Counted from the first letter of the stretch, positions 1-9,081 are shown. The stretch is DNA of 20,924 bases from Gemmatimonadaceae bacterium (GCA_033763905.1 JANRJP010000076.1:1-20924); one strand, 5' to 3'. The notes: generated from the sequence alone by a model not told the origin. Program-made: numbers and translations.

Positions 1-24
1 GCCCACTTTGGAGAGGACTGAGCG

Positions 25-198
25 ATGCCCGCCGATGTCGAACTGATGGCCAAGCAGATCGCGAATATGCAGCGCGCGATGTACTACCTGATCTGGAAGA
101 AGACCGGCTTCGGCGAGCACTGCATTCATTGCAATCATCAGTACCCGGGGCACGAAGCCAAGTGCAAGGCGGCCGAAGTCGAGACGCTGATTCGCTGA
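25..198 (+). CDS. Small hypothetical protein (57 aa) with CxxC-x6-H-x3-C putative metal-binding motif; not in the ORF track
   Basis: ATG at 25 after GGAGAGGA (10-17), stop TGA 196-198. Translation MPADVELMAKQIANMQRAMYYLIWKKTGFGEHCIHCNHQYPGHEAKCKAAEVETLIR. Third codon positions are mostly G/C, like neighbouring genes. Confidence 0.75.
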   Translation: MPADVELMAKQIANMQRAMYYLIWKKTGFGEHCIHCNHQYPGHEAKCKAAEVETLIR

Positions 199-238
199 GT
201 CGCCTGCGCTTCGTTCGACGTTTGTCCTCCGTATTCCC

Positions 239-268
239 ACGGCGGTTCGGCCATTGGCCGACCGCCGT
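239..268. other. GC-rich inverted repeat (hairpin) between the small ORF and tkt
   Basis: ACGGCGGT(T)CGGCCA-T-TGGCCGACCGCCGT, a near-perfect palindrome with one bulge. No clear U-tract. Confidence 0.55.
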
Positions 269-293
269 TGCCCATTTCTGACCGCCCCGTCTC

Positions 294-2297
294 GTGTCCG
301 ACGCTCTCGATCTGCTCGCCATCAATACCGTTCGCGTCCTGTCGATGGACGCGGTGCAAGCCGCTGAATCCGGGCATCCCGGCACGCCGATGGCGCTCGC
401 GCCGCTGGTGTATCGGCTCTACACGCACCATATGCGCCACGATCCGGCGCACCCGGACTGGGCCGACCGCGACCGCTTCGTGCTGTCGGTCGGCCACGCG
501 TCGATGGTGCTGTACAGCGCGCTGCACCTGAGCGGCTACGAGCTGTCGCTCGACGAGATCAAGCGCTTCCGGCAGTGGGGCTCCAAGACGCCTGGCCACC
601 CGGAATACGGCCACACCGTCGGCGTCGAAACCACCACCGGCCCGCTCGGCCAGGGTGTCGCCAACGCCGTGGGCTTCGCGTTGGCCGAAGCGCATCTGGC
701 CGCGACGTTCAACCGGCCGGGACACACGGTGGTGGACCACACCACGTGGTTCATTGCCGGCGACGGCTGCCTGATGGAAGGGATCTCGCACGAAGCGGCG
801 TCGATGGCGGGGCACTTGGGGCTCGGCAAGCTGATCGGCTTCTTCGACGACAACGGCATCACGATCGACGGCTCCACCGCGCTGGCCTGCAGCGATGACG
901 CAGCGCAGCGCTTTGCGAGCTACGGTTGGCACATCGCGCACATCAACGATGTGAACGATCTGGCGCAGATCGATCGCGCGATCGCCGAGGCGCGGGCCGT
1001 CACCGACAAGCCGTCGCTCATCATTACCAAGACGCAGATCGGGTTCGGCTCACCGAACCGCGTCAACACGGCCAAGGCGCACGGCGAACCCTTGGGCGCC
1101 GCCGAGATTGCGCTGACCAAGCCGAATCTGGGCTGGACCAACCCGGAGCCGTTCCACGTGCCGGCGGAAGCGGCCGCCCACTGGCGCACGCAGGTTGGGG
1201 CGCGCGCCGTCGCACGCGCCGAGTGGGAATCGCGGTTTGCGGCGTACACCGCCGCGCACGGCGCCGACGCCGCCGAGTTCACGCGCCGGATGCGCGGCGA
1301 GCTCCCTGCGAACTGGGAGGCCTCGGTGCCGACGTTCACCGCCGAGAACGGCTCGGTGGCGACGCGCGCGTCGAGCGGTGCGGTGCTCAACGGACTGGCG
1401 CCGGCGGTGCCTGAACTGATGGGCGGATCGGCGGACCTCACGGGCTCGAACAACACCAACTGGAAGAACGTCGGCATTCTGTCGCGCGCGAATCTGGCGG
1501 GCCGGTACGTGCACTACGGCATTCGCGAGCACGCGATGGGCGCAGTGATGAACGGCTTGGCGCTGCACGGCGGCATTGTGCCGTTCGGCGGCACGTTCTT
1601 GGTCTTCGCCGACTACTGCCGTCCGGCGATTCGCCTGGCGGCGTTGATGGGGGTGAAGGTGGTATACGTCTTTACCCACGACTCGATTGGGCTTGGCGAA
1701 GACGGGCCGACGCATCAGCCGATCGAGCATCTGGCGTCGTTGCGGGCGATTCCGAACTGCCTGGTGCTGCGCCCCGGTGACGCGAGTGAAGTCGCCGAGA
1801 GCTGGAAGGTGGCGATGCGCCACACCGGCGGTCCGGTGTGTTTGGTGTTGACGCGGCAGAAGGTCGGGTATCTGGACCGCGCGGTGTACGGTGCGGCGCG
1901 CGGCGTGGCCCAGGGCGGCTACGTGCTGTCGGACGCAGCCGCGACGCCGTTGCACGCGGTGGTGGTAGCCACGGGCAGCGAAGTAGGGCTCGCGCTCGAG
2001 GCACAGCAGACGCTGGCGACGCAGGGCGTGAATGTGCGCGTGGTCTCGATGCCGTCGATTGAGACGTTCTTTGCGCAGTCGTCGGAGTATCGCGCGCAGG
2101 TGTTGCCCGAGGGTGTCCCGCGTGTGGCGGTCGAGGCCGCGCATTCGATGTCGTGGCACCGTGTGGTGGGCGACCGCGGGGGGATTGTCGGTTTGGATCG
2201 TTTTGGGGCGAGCGCGCCGGCGCCGGTGTTGTTCAAGGAGTTGGGGGTGACGGCGGCGCGGGTGGTGGCGGAGGTTCAGCGCGTACTGGCGTCGTAA
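294..2297 (+). CDS. tkt: Transketolase (667 aa)
   Basis: Motifs SGHPG, DRDRFVLSVGH, TPGHPE, TTGPLGQG, the ThDP-binding GDGCLMEG...N, YGIREHAM and THDSIGLGEDGPTHQP. GTG start. Confidence 0.98.
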   Translation: MSDALDLLAINTVRVLSMDAVQAAESGHPGTPMALAPLVYRLYTHHMRHDPAHPDWADRDRFVLSVGHASMVLYSALHLSGYELSLDEIKRFRQWGSKTPGHPEYGHTVGVETTTGPLGQGVANAVGFALAEAHLAATFNRPGHTVVDHTTWFIAGDGCLMEGISHEAASMAGHLGLGKLIGFFDDNGITIDGSTALACSDDAAQRFASYGWHIAHINDVNDLAQIDRAIAEARAVTDKPSLIITKTQIGFGSPNRVNTAKAHGEPLGAAEIALTKPNLGWTNPEPFHVPAEAAAHWRTQVGARAVARAEWESRFAAYTAAHGADAAEFTRRMRGELPANWEASVPTFTAENGSVATRASSGAVLNGLAPAVPELMGGSADLTGSNNTNWKNVGILSRANLAGRYVHYGIREHAMGAVMNGLALHGGIVPFGGTFLVFADYCRPAIRLAALMGVKVVYVFTHDSIGLGEDGPTHQPIEHLASLRAIPNCLVLRPGDASEVAESWKVAMRHTGGPVCLVLTRQKVGYLDRAVYGAARGVAQGGYVLSDAAATPLHAVVVATGSEVGLALEAQQTLATQGVNVRVVSMPSIETFFAQSSEYRAQVLPEGVPRVAVEAAHSMSWHRVVGDRGGIVGLDRFGASAPAPVLFKELGVTAARVVAEVQRVLAS

Positions 2298-3949
2298 ACG
2301 CGCACGAACGCGCCCGGCGGCAGCTGCACCACGGTTTGCGAACTCCCATCCGGCCACTCCACCCGCAGCTCCACCCGCCGATCCACCGGCACATCACACA
2401 CCACGAACGCGCCGTCGACCGACAACTCGACGGCGCGTCGCACATCGACGCCGCCACTGCTCGACCACGTCGCCTCCAGCACCACCGCGCGCCACTCGTG
2501 GCCCGCCAGATCCAGCGCCCCGACGATCGCCCCCAACCCGCGGCTGGCATCCACCCCCGGACACCGCGCCGCCAACACCGTCAGCGGCCCCGCGGAGTCC
2601 AGCTCCACCGCCAGCGAATCCCCGGGCGACAGGGTCACCGCGTACTCCGGCATCGGCACGCCATACCGCGGCAACGTCAGATGCGCCGCGGTGAACACCC
2701 GCGTCGCCCCACTCGTCGGCAACGAATCGTCGCGCACCGTAAACGCACCCCGCGCATCAGCCACCGCCGCCACCACGCCGTTCACCAGCACCAGCGCGTT
2801 CGCCAACGGCGCACCGGTGACCGAATCGCGCACGATGCCCGTCACGACCGCGGTCGCCACGCTGCCCGCGGCGCCCTCACGCAGCACGCGCGCACGGCCA
2901 TTGCGCACCCGCGTCGCCGCGTGCCAGCGCGGACCGTTGGGCCCGTCGCGCGGATCTCGCCCCAACATCGGAATGCGCATCCCCCACGACGAGACGAACC
3001 AGCGACCATTCGCCAGCTCGGTGAATGACACCTCCCCGCGCGGCGCCTCCACGGTCGCTGGCCACCCGGGCACCACGAAGCGCCACTCCACGCGCTCCAG
3101 CGCCGACGTCGACGCGTTCGCCCACACCACGCCGTCCAACCAGGTCGCGGTACTCGAATCCACCGGTGAAAACCTCAGCCCCACGCGCTGGCGACCCCAC
3201 CCGCCGCCCCGCACCAACCGAAAACAGTGCGCCGCCGCAAAGGTGGGATCCAACACCGCGTGCGCGTCGGGGCCGTAGAAGCGCGTCGTATCCCCGTCGC
3301 GCACGCGAAAGCCCGATGCGCCGCCGCCCGCCAGCACGCCCGACACGAATGGACGACTCGCCCGCGTACGCCACACCTGCGCGCGACGCGTCGCGGGCGG
3401 CACACTCGCGCCGCGAAACGCCTCGGGACCGCGACGCACGTCGTCTTCGAGCACCAGCTCCAGCGGCAGCAACTGCTGGTCGCTGGTCACCTGCGCCGCC
3501 GTGAGCGCGGTCCGCAATTGCTCCCAGACGCGCGCCACATCCGGCCCGCCGTCCGACAACCGCGCACACGCGGCGCCGTCCGTCACGCGAATCGCCGCCA
3601 TCGACACCGCCGCACCGCCGACACGCCACTCGCCAGTCAGCTCGGCGCCCACGGCCAACACGAGATCGCTCGCCACCACGTCGCTCGCGAAGCCGACGCG
3701 ATCCACGCGCAAGCCGAAGCGTCCCGCCGCGTCGCTGCGCAACGCGAATCGGCCGTCGGCATCGGTCAGCACCGGCGCACGTCGCACCGAATCCGCGCCC
3801 ACCAACGACACGATCGCCCCGACCACCGGCGCGCCGGACCGAGCGTCGACCACACGCCCGCGCACCGTCTGCGAATTCGCGCCGCGCGCGGCAAGGCACG
3901 TCAGTCCGACGGCGACCGCCAACGCTACCAGAAACTGTCGCGCGTTCAC
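2276..3949 (-). CDS. Secreted protein with carboxypeptidase-regulatory-like (beta-sandwich) domains, about 557 aa
   Basis: This is the C-terminal half of track ORF 2276..5656. GTG at 3949 gives a signal peptide (VNARQFLVALAVAVGLTCLAARGANSQ) followed by TVRGRVVDARSGAPVVGAIV...TDADGRF. A second copy reads VTGIVRDSVTGAPLANALV...ADARGAF. The upstream part of the track ORF is antisense shadow of the photolyase gene. Confidence 0.8.
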   Translation of the reverse strand: MNARQFLVALAVAVGLTCLAARGANSQTVRGRVVDARSGAPVVGAIVSLVGADSVRRAPVLTDADGRFALRSDAAGRFGLRVDRVGFASDVVASDLVLAVGAELTGEWRVGGAAVSMAAIRVTDGAACARLSDGGPDVARVWEQLRTALTAAQVTSDQQLLPLELVLEDDVRRGPEAFRGASVPPATRRAQVWRTRASRPFVSGVLAGGGASGFRVRDGDTTRFYGPDAHAVLDPTFAAAHCFRLVRGGGWGRQRVGLRFSPVDSSTATWLDGVVWANASTSALERVEWRFVVPGWPATVEAPRGEVSFTELANGRWFVSSWGMRIPMLGRDPRDGPNGPRWHAATRVRNGRARVLREGAAGSVATAVVTGIVRDSVTGAPLANALVLVNGVVAAVADARGAFTVRDDSLPTSGATRVFTAAHLTLPRYGVPMPEYAVTLSPGDSLAVELDSAGPLTVLAARCPGVDASRGLGAIVGALDLAGHEWRAVVLEATWSSSGGVDVRRAVELSVDGAFVVCDVPVDRRVELRVEWPDGSSQTVVQLPPGAFVRVYDASTR

Positions 3950-3964
3950 CAGCGTTCCGCTCCC

Positions 3965-5533
3965 GTGTCCCAGCCGCTCACCATTGCCTTCGTCGCACCG
4001 TGGGAAAGCTCCCGCGCGGTCGCCAACATCCCCAAGGCGCCGCGGGAAGACGTCGTCGTGCTGCTCATCGAATCCGTCGAAAAGGGATCGGCCCTGCCCT
4101 GGCACCGGCAAAAGCTGGTCCTCGTGCTCTCGGCGCTCCGACACTTCGCACAGGCCCTGCGCGACGCCGGCTACCGTGTAGAGCATCGCCTCGCGCCGTC
4201 CTACAGGGAAGGGATCCTCACCGCCGCGCGCGAGCTCGGCGCGACCCGCGTCGTCGCCACCGAACCGCGCGAATGGTCGCTCAAGGACGAGTTCGACCAG
4301 CTTGCCCCCGCGCTGCAGGCCGAACACATCGCCTTCACCCTGCGCCCCGATCGGGGCTTCGTGGTGCCGCTGTCGCGCTTCGAGACCTGGGCCCAAGGAC
4401 GCAAGGAACTGCGAATGGAGTGGTTCTACCGCGAACTCCGTCGCGAGACGGGGCTCCTGATGACCGCCGACGGAAAACCCGAAGGCGGCGAATGGAACTT
4501 CGACCACGACAACCGCAAGCCGTGGCCCAAGCAGCGCCCCGCGCCGCCGCGAATGCGCATCGAACCCGATGCCCTGACCCGCGACACGATGGCGCAAGTC
4601 GCGCGCTGGCGCGACCGCTGGGGCAGCGTCGATGACTTTGCGCTGCCCGTCACGCGCGACGGCGCCAAAGCCCTGCTCGAACAGTTCGTGCACGAGCGCC
4701 TGCCCGAGTTCGGCCCCTACGAAGACGCGATGCTCGCCGGTGAACCCGACCTGCTGCACTCGTGCCTGAGTTCGGTCATCAACGTCGGACTGCTCTCGCC
4801 GCTCGAAGTCCTGCGTCGCGCCGAGCAGGCCTTCCACGAGGGCACGGCCCCGATCGCCAGTGTCGAAGGCTTCGTCCGGCAGATCCTGGGCTGGCGCGAA
4901 TACGTACGCGGCGTCTACTGGCGCTTGATGCCCGGACTGCGCACCGCGAACGCCCTCGAGGCACCGCTCGATCTGCCGCAGTGGTTCTGGGAGCCCGACA
5001 CCTGCGAGATGCGCTGCCTGTCCGACACGATCCGCCAGGTGCGGGATCACGGCCGCACGCATCACATCAATCGCCTGATGGTGCAGAGCAACATCGCCAC
5101 GCTGCTCGGCGTGCGTCCGGAATCGCTCTCGCGCTGGTTCTGGGCCGCGTTCACCGACGCGTACGAGTGGGTCGAGCTCCCCAACGTGGCCGGGATGGGC
5201 ACCTGGGGCGACGGCGGCGTGATGGCGTCCAAGCCGTATGTCTCGAGCGGGGCCTACATCAACCGGATGTCGAACTACTGCAAAGGCTGTCGCTACGATG
5301 TGAACACGCGCGTCGGCGACAACGCCTGTCCGGTGAACTACCTGTATTGGGACTTCATCGCGCGGCATCGCGACCGCTTCGCGTCGCATCCGCGAATGGC
5401 GCAGATGATTCGCACGCTCGACAAATTCGCCCCCGACGACGTCGCGGCAATGCGCGCCCAGGCCGACGCGCTCCGCGCGTCGCTGCCACCCGAAACCGCG
5501 CCCTACGCCCCCGCGCCGCCGCGCAACGCGTAA
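3965..5533 (+). CDS. Cryptochrome/photolyase family protein, FeS-BCP (PhrB/CryB-like) class, about 522 aa
   Basis: HRQKLVLVLSALRHFA, RMEWFYR, GGEWNFDHDNRK, FGPYEDAM, EGFVRQILGWREY, HHINRLM, DAYEWVELPNV and SKPYVSSGAYINRMSNYCKGC...ACP. The Cys residues fit a 4Fe-4S cluster. Start re-called to GTG 3965 because the track extension overlaps the opposite gene. Confidence 0.92.
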   Translation: MSQPLTIAFVAPWESSRAVANIPKAPREDVVVLLIESVEKGSALPWHRQKLVLVLSALRHFAQALRDAGYRVEHRLAPSYREGILTAARELGATRVVATEPREWSLKDEFDQLAPALQAEHIAFTLRPDRGFVVPLSRFETWAQGRKELRMEWFYRELRRETGLLMTADGKPEGGEWNFDHDNRKPWPKQRPAPPRMRIEPDALTRDTMAQVARWRDRWGSVDDFALPVTRDGAKALLEQFVHERLPEFGPYEDAMLAGEPDLLHSCLSSVINVGLLSPLEVLRRAEQAFHEGTAPIASVEGFVRQILGWREYVRGVYWRLMPGLRTANALEAPLDLPQWFWEPDTCEMRCLSDTIRQVRDHGRTHHINRLMVQSNIATLLGVRPESLSRWFWAAFTDAYEWVELPNVAGMGTWGDGGVMASKPYVSSGAYINRMSNYCKGCRYDVNTRVGDNACPVNYLYWDFIARHRDRFASHPRMAQMIRTLDKFAPDDVAAMRAQADALRASLPPETAPYAPAPPRNA

Positions 5534-6354
5534 AGCCAGCGGTCGAGCGCGTCCTCCCACGGCGGCAGCCGCAGGCCGGCGGCGTCGGCGCGGTGCAGGT
5601 CGAGCACGCCGTTCGCTGGGCGTTGCGCCGGCGTGGGATACTCGGCCGTCGTACACGCGCTCAGGCAGTCACGCGCGCCAAGCGCGTCAAAGATGCGCTC
5701 GGCCACAGCGAACCACGTCGTCACACCGCGGTTGGCCAAATGCAGTGTGCCGGTAAGGTCGCGCAGCACGCACTGCCAAAGCACCGGCGCCAGATCGTCG
5801 ACGAAGGTCGGCGCGCCACGCTGATCATTCACGACGCGCGTGGCCGTGCGCGCGGTGGCTCGCGTGTACATCGTGCGGGCAAACGACGGTCCGGTCACTC
5901 CGTACAACCACTGCACACGCACCACGAGCGACGTGGCGCCGCTCGCCGCAAGCGCCATCTCACCCGCGTGTTTGGTGGTGCCGTACCAGTTGAGCGGGGC
6001 GTGAGCATCGTCTTCGCGCCAAGGCGTCGTTCCGGTGCCGGGGAACACGTAGTCGGTGCTCAGGTGCAGCACCTTGGCACCAACCGCCGCCGCTGCGCGG
6101 CCGATCTCACCCGGCGCCTCGGCGTTCACGCGCTGCGCGAGATCGCGCTCCGACTCGGCCCGATCCACCGCCGTATACGCGGCCGCATTCACGATCCACG
6201 CCGGCTGCACCGCGCGCACCGCGTGGTGCACGGCGTCGGCGTTGGTGATGTCGCACTGCGCGCGCGCGAGCGCCGTGAGGTCCACTGCCGACGGCACCGA
6301 CTGTTGCAGCGAGCGGGCCAGCAGACCGCCCGCGCCGAGCAGCAGCACCTTCAT
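5503..6354 (-). CDS. rfbD: dTDP-4-dehydrorhamnose reductase (about 283 aa)
   Basis: MKVLLLGAGGLL, NAAAYTAVDRAE, HLSTDYVF, catalytic YGTTK and VNDQRGAPT. ATG 6354 overlaps the rfbC stop (ATGA). Confidence 0.95.
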   Translation of the reverse strand: MKVLLLGAGGLLARSLQQSVPSAVDLTALARAQCDITNADAVHHAVRAVQPAWIVNAAAYTAVDRAESERDLAQRVNAEAPGEIGRAAAAVGAKVLHLSTDYVFPGTGTTPWREDDAHAPLNWYGTTKHAGEMALAASGATSLVVRVQWLYGVTGPSFARTMYTRATARTATRVVNDQRGAPTFVDDLAPVLWQCVLRDLTGTLHLANRGVTTWFAVAERIFDALGARDCLSACTTAEYPTPAQRPANGVLDLHRADAAGLRLPPWEDALDRWLYALRGGAGA

Positions 6355-6914
6355 CCGGCGTAGGTGGGCAGGCGGTGCGCCTGAAGCGCGTGCGCGAGGG
6401 TCGGTTGCTGCTGGTCCTTGGCCGAAACGATCGGCGACGCGACCGGCCAGGTGATGCCGATCGCGGGATCCGACCACAGCACGCCGAAGTCATCGGTCGG
6501 CTCGTAGCTCGCCGTACACTTGTAAACGAGCTCGGTGTCGTCGCGCAGCGCGCAGAAGCCGTGGGCAAACCCGGCCGGAATGAACAACGATCGCCCCGGG
6601 CTGTCGTCGAGCTCGACGCCGACCCACTGCCCGAACGTCGGCGAGCCCGCGCGCACATCCACCACGACGTCATATACCGCGCCGCGAACGCAGTTGATCA
6701 GCTTGGCCTGCGGCGTGCGCACGGTGTAGTGCAGTCCACGCACCACGCCCGCGTGCGAGCGCGACCGGTTGTCCTGCGCCCAATGTGTGGGCAGCCCCGC
6801 CTCGGCAAAATGCACATCGCGGTAGAGCTCGGTGAAGAAGCCGCGTTCGTCGGGAAACGCGCGTCGTTCCACGAGGCACACGCCGTCGAGCGCGGTGGGG
6901 ATCGTCCGGACCAC
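6351..6914 (-). CDS. rfbC: dTDP-4-dehydrorhamnose 3,5-epimerase (187 aa)
   Basis: DERGFF, QDNRSRS, VVRGLHY, QAKL, DVVVDVRAGSPTFGQW, FAHGF, YKCT and WSDPAIGITWP. Confidence 0.97.
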   Translation of the reverse strand: MVRTIPTALDGVCLVERRAFPDERGFFTELYRDVHFAEAGLPTHWAQDNRSRSHAGVVRGLHYTVRTPQAKLINCVRGAVYDVVVDVRAGSPTFGQWVGVELDDSPGRSLFIPAGFAHGFCALRDDTELVYKCTASYEPTDDFGVLWSDPAIGITWPVASPIVSAKDQQQPTLAHALQAHRLPTYAG

Positions 6915-7226
6915 TTATCGTCTCCGCGCGCTGGTCGCGCGGCGTGTCGACGCGTGCTCGGCTTCGCGCTCGAACAAGCGACGCAGGCGCTTGGTGAGCG
7001 GATGCTGCGGGGCCATCGCATAGGCGTGTGCCGTGGCCCCGGGCGTCACGCGCACGACGCCGCTCTGCACGAGCTGCGCGAGGGCGCGAACCGCCGCGCG
7101 ATGCGCCACGCCCGCCTGACGCCCCGCCTCGCGGCCCGACAGCTCGCTCGACGCCAGCGCGAGGACGCGCAGCAAGCGGACGCGACTGGGACTGCCCAGG
7201 GCGGCGTCCAGCATCGGGAGTGGCAT
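6915..7226 (-). CDS. Winged helix-turn-helix protein (103 aa)
   Basis: LGSPSRVRLLRVL...LSGREAGRQAGVAHRAAVRALAQLVQSGVV...HPL wHTH pattern. GAGG lies upstream of the ATG, and the stop TAA directly abuts the rfbC GTG. Confidence 0.75.
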   Translation of the reverse strand: MPLPMLDAALGSPSRVRLLRVLALASSELSGREAGRQAGVAHRAAVRALAQLVQSGVVRVTPGATAHAYAMAPQHPLTKRLRRLFEREAEHASTRRATSARRR

Positions 7227-7264
7227 TCGAACCTCACAGGTGGGCAGGACAGGCGGGACCCGCT

Positions 7265-7293
7265 ATCGTAACACCTCGCGGTATTCCATCGAA
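7265..7293 (-). promoter_or_regulatory. Putative sigma70 promoter for HTH-rfbC-rfbD
   Basis: Minus strand: TTCGAT (7293-7288), 17 nt, then TACGAT (7270-7265) with a TGn extension. Confidence 0.45.
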
Positions 7294-7322
7294 AGCGTGA
7301 CGCCCCCGTCGTTGACCCGTTG

Positions 7323-7934
7323 ATGCGCTACCAGCACGTATTCCGCCCCGCCACCGACGCCTCCGCCACCACGGTACTCCTCCTGCACGGCACTGGGGGC
7401 GACGAACACGACCTGCTCCCCTTGGGTGACCTGCTCGCGCCCGGCGCGGCGCTGCTGTCGCCGCGCGGCAACGTGCTGGAACGCGGGATGCCCCGCTTCT
7501 TCCGCCGGCTGGCGGAAGGGGTCTTCGATCTCGATGACCTGCGACTCCGCGCCAGCGAGCTGGCCGAGTTCGTGGGCGAGGCCGCAGCCGCCTACCAGCG
7601 GGACCCCGCGCGCATCGTGGCCGTGGGCTTCAGTAACGGCGCCAACATCGCCGCGGCCGTAATGCTGCTGCATCCCGGCGTGCTGACGACAGGGGTGTTG
7701 CTGGCCCCAATGGTCCCGCTCGTCCCGCCGACCCTGCCGTCGCTGACTGGCACCGGGGTCTTCATCGGCGCGGGCCTGCAGGATCCCATTGCCCCACGGA
7801 CCCAGCCGGAGGGACTGGCGGACCTCTTCACTCGTGCCGGCGCCGACGTCACCGTCGACTGGCACCCCGGCGGCCACCAGCTCGTCCCGTCGACGGTGCA
7901 GGCGGCGCAGCGGTGGCTGGCCCCGCGCGTGTGA
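7323..7934 (+). CDS. Alpha/beta hydrolase, phospholipase/carboxylesterase family (MhqD-like)
   Basis: LLLHGTGGDE, LSPRG, RFFRR, nucleophile elbow GFSNGA, Asp in GLQDPI and His in GGHQL. Confidence 0.92.
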   Translation: MRYQHVFRPATDASATTVLLLHGTGGDEHDLLPLGDLLAPGAALLSPRGNVLERGMPRFFRRLAEGVFDLDDLRLRASELAEFVGEAAAAYQRDPARIVAVGFSNGANIAAAVMLLHPGVLTTGVLLAPMVPLVPPTLPSLTGTGVFIGAGLQDPIAPRTQPEGLADLFTRAGADVTVDWHPGGHQLVPSTVQAAQRWLAPRV

Positions 7935-7977
7935 CGGGCGCAGTATTGAGAGCCGTCCCCCTCGTGCCCTGCGCGCT

Positions 7978-9081
7978 GTGACCGATACCAAGCCGAACAA
8001 GACCTGGCTCGCCTTCTGGGAGAATCTCCCGTTGCGGCTCACCGCGTACTACGCGGTACTGCTGGGCCTCGGCTCGGCCATCATCGCGATGCTGCCCCGC
8101 GATTCGACCGGACGCTTGACCGGTGCGGTGGGACGATTGATGGGCGGCTCTGCCGGTGGCGACAATACCTTCTCCGTCGCCGGTGGGTCGGCCAAGACGC
8201 TCCTCACCGCCGCAGCCGGTCATTCGCCCGCCGATGTGGTGCTGTCGACGACGATTGCCGTCCTCGCGGCCGTGGCCCTCACGACGCCCGTCGCGTGGAC
8301 CTATATGTTCTCGCGGCAGAAGAAGGGCTACAGCCAGCCCCTGGTGCAGTCGCTGCTGATTCTGCCGGTGGTCGTCACCGGCATCGTCATTCTGGTGCAG
8401 AACTCGCTCGCGCTGGCCTTCGGCTTGGGCGCCATTGTGGCGGCCGTGCGCTTCCGCACCAACATCGAAGACAGCAAGGACGCCGCGTTCATTTTCTTGG
8501 CGATGGCGGTCGGCCTGGCCTGCGGCGTGGAACTGCCAGTGGCCGCCACACTGTCGGTGCTCTTCAACGTCGTCGTGATGGTCCTCTGGTACAACGACTT
8601 CGGTCGCGCGCCGGCGAACCTTGAAGGCGAAATGGCCAAGCGTCGACTCGATCGCGCGCTGGCGATCGCCAATCGCACCGGGGCGTTCGTGGCCCGAATG
8701 GACGAAGAAGTCCTCAAGGCGCTGGCGCCCGAGCAGTTGGAAGCGCTCGCCTCGCGCGCCCAGCGGCGCAAGGCCAAGCTGACCGGCGAAAAGACCACCA
8801 CCGCCGAGAACGCGGCCGACGCGCCGCAGGTGCTGCACGTGCACACGCGCGATCCCGACGCGGCACGCCCGGTGGTCGAGCCGCTGCTCAATGACTATCT
8901 CACCGACTGGCGCTTCCTGCGCGCGGTACCGTCGGGTGAAGGGGTGTATCGTCTCGAGTATCTGGGTCGACTCGCCGCGAACATCATTCCAGCGCAAGTG
9001 CTCTACGATGTGCGAACGAAATCCACGCCGCACGTGATGCGGTGCGAACTCAAGCCGAGGGGACCGGGGGATGATGCGTAA
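7978..9081 (+). CDS. DUF4956-like membrane protein (about 367 aa)
   Basis: Several TM segments with the NSLALAFGLGAIVAAVRFRTNIEDSKDAAFIFLAMAVGLACG signature. Start re-called to GTG 7978, downstream of the hydrolase stop; exact start uncertain. Confidence 0.8.
   Translation: MTDTKPNKTWLAFWENLPLRLTAYYAVLLGLGSAIIAMLPRDSTGRLTGAVGRLMGGSAGGDNTFSVAGGSAKTLLTAAAGHSPADVVLSTTIAVLAAVALTTPVAWTYMFSRQKKGYSQPLVQSLLILPVVVTGIVILVQNSLALAFGLGAIVAAVRFRTNIEDSKDAAFIFLAMAVGLACGVELPVAATLSVLFNVVVMVLWYNDFGRAPANLEGEMAKRRLDRALAIANRTGAFVARMDEEVLKALAPEQLEALASRAQRRKAKLTGEKTTTAENAADAPQVLHVHTRDPDAARPVVEPLLNDYLTDWRFLRAVPSGEGVYRLEYLGRLAANIIPAQVLYDVRTKSTPHVMRCELKPRGPGDDA

Noticed and set aside
3227..3964. N-terminal extension of the photolyase ORF
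   Set aside because: Overlaps the opposite-strand gene and has no protein-like composition.
3950..5656. N-terminal half of the 1126-aa minus-strand ORF
   Set aside because: Antisense shadow of the photolyase gene in high-GC DNA. The recognisable protein starts at the signal peptide at 3949.
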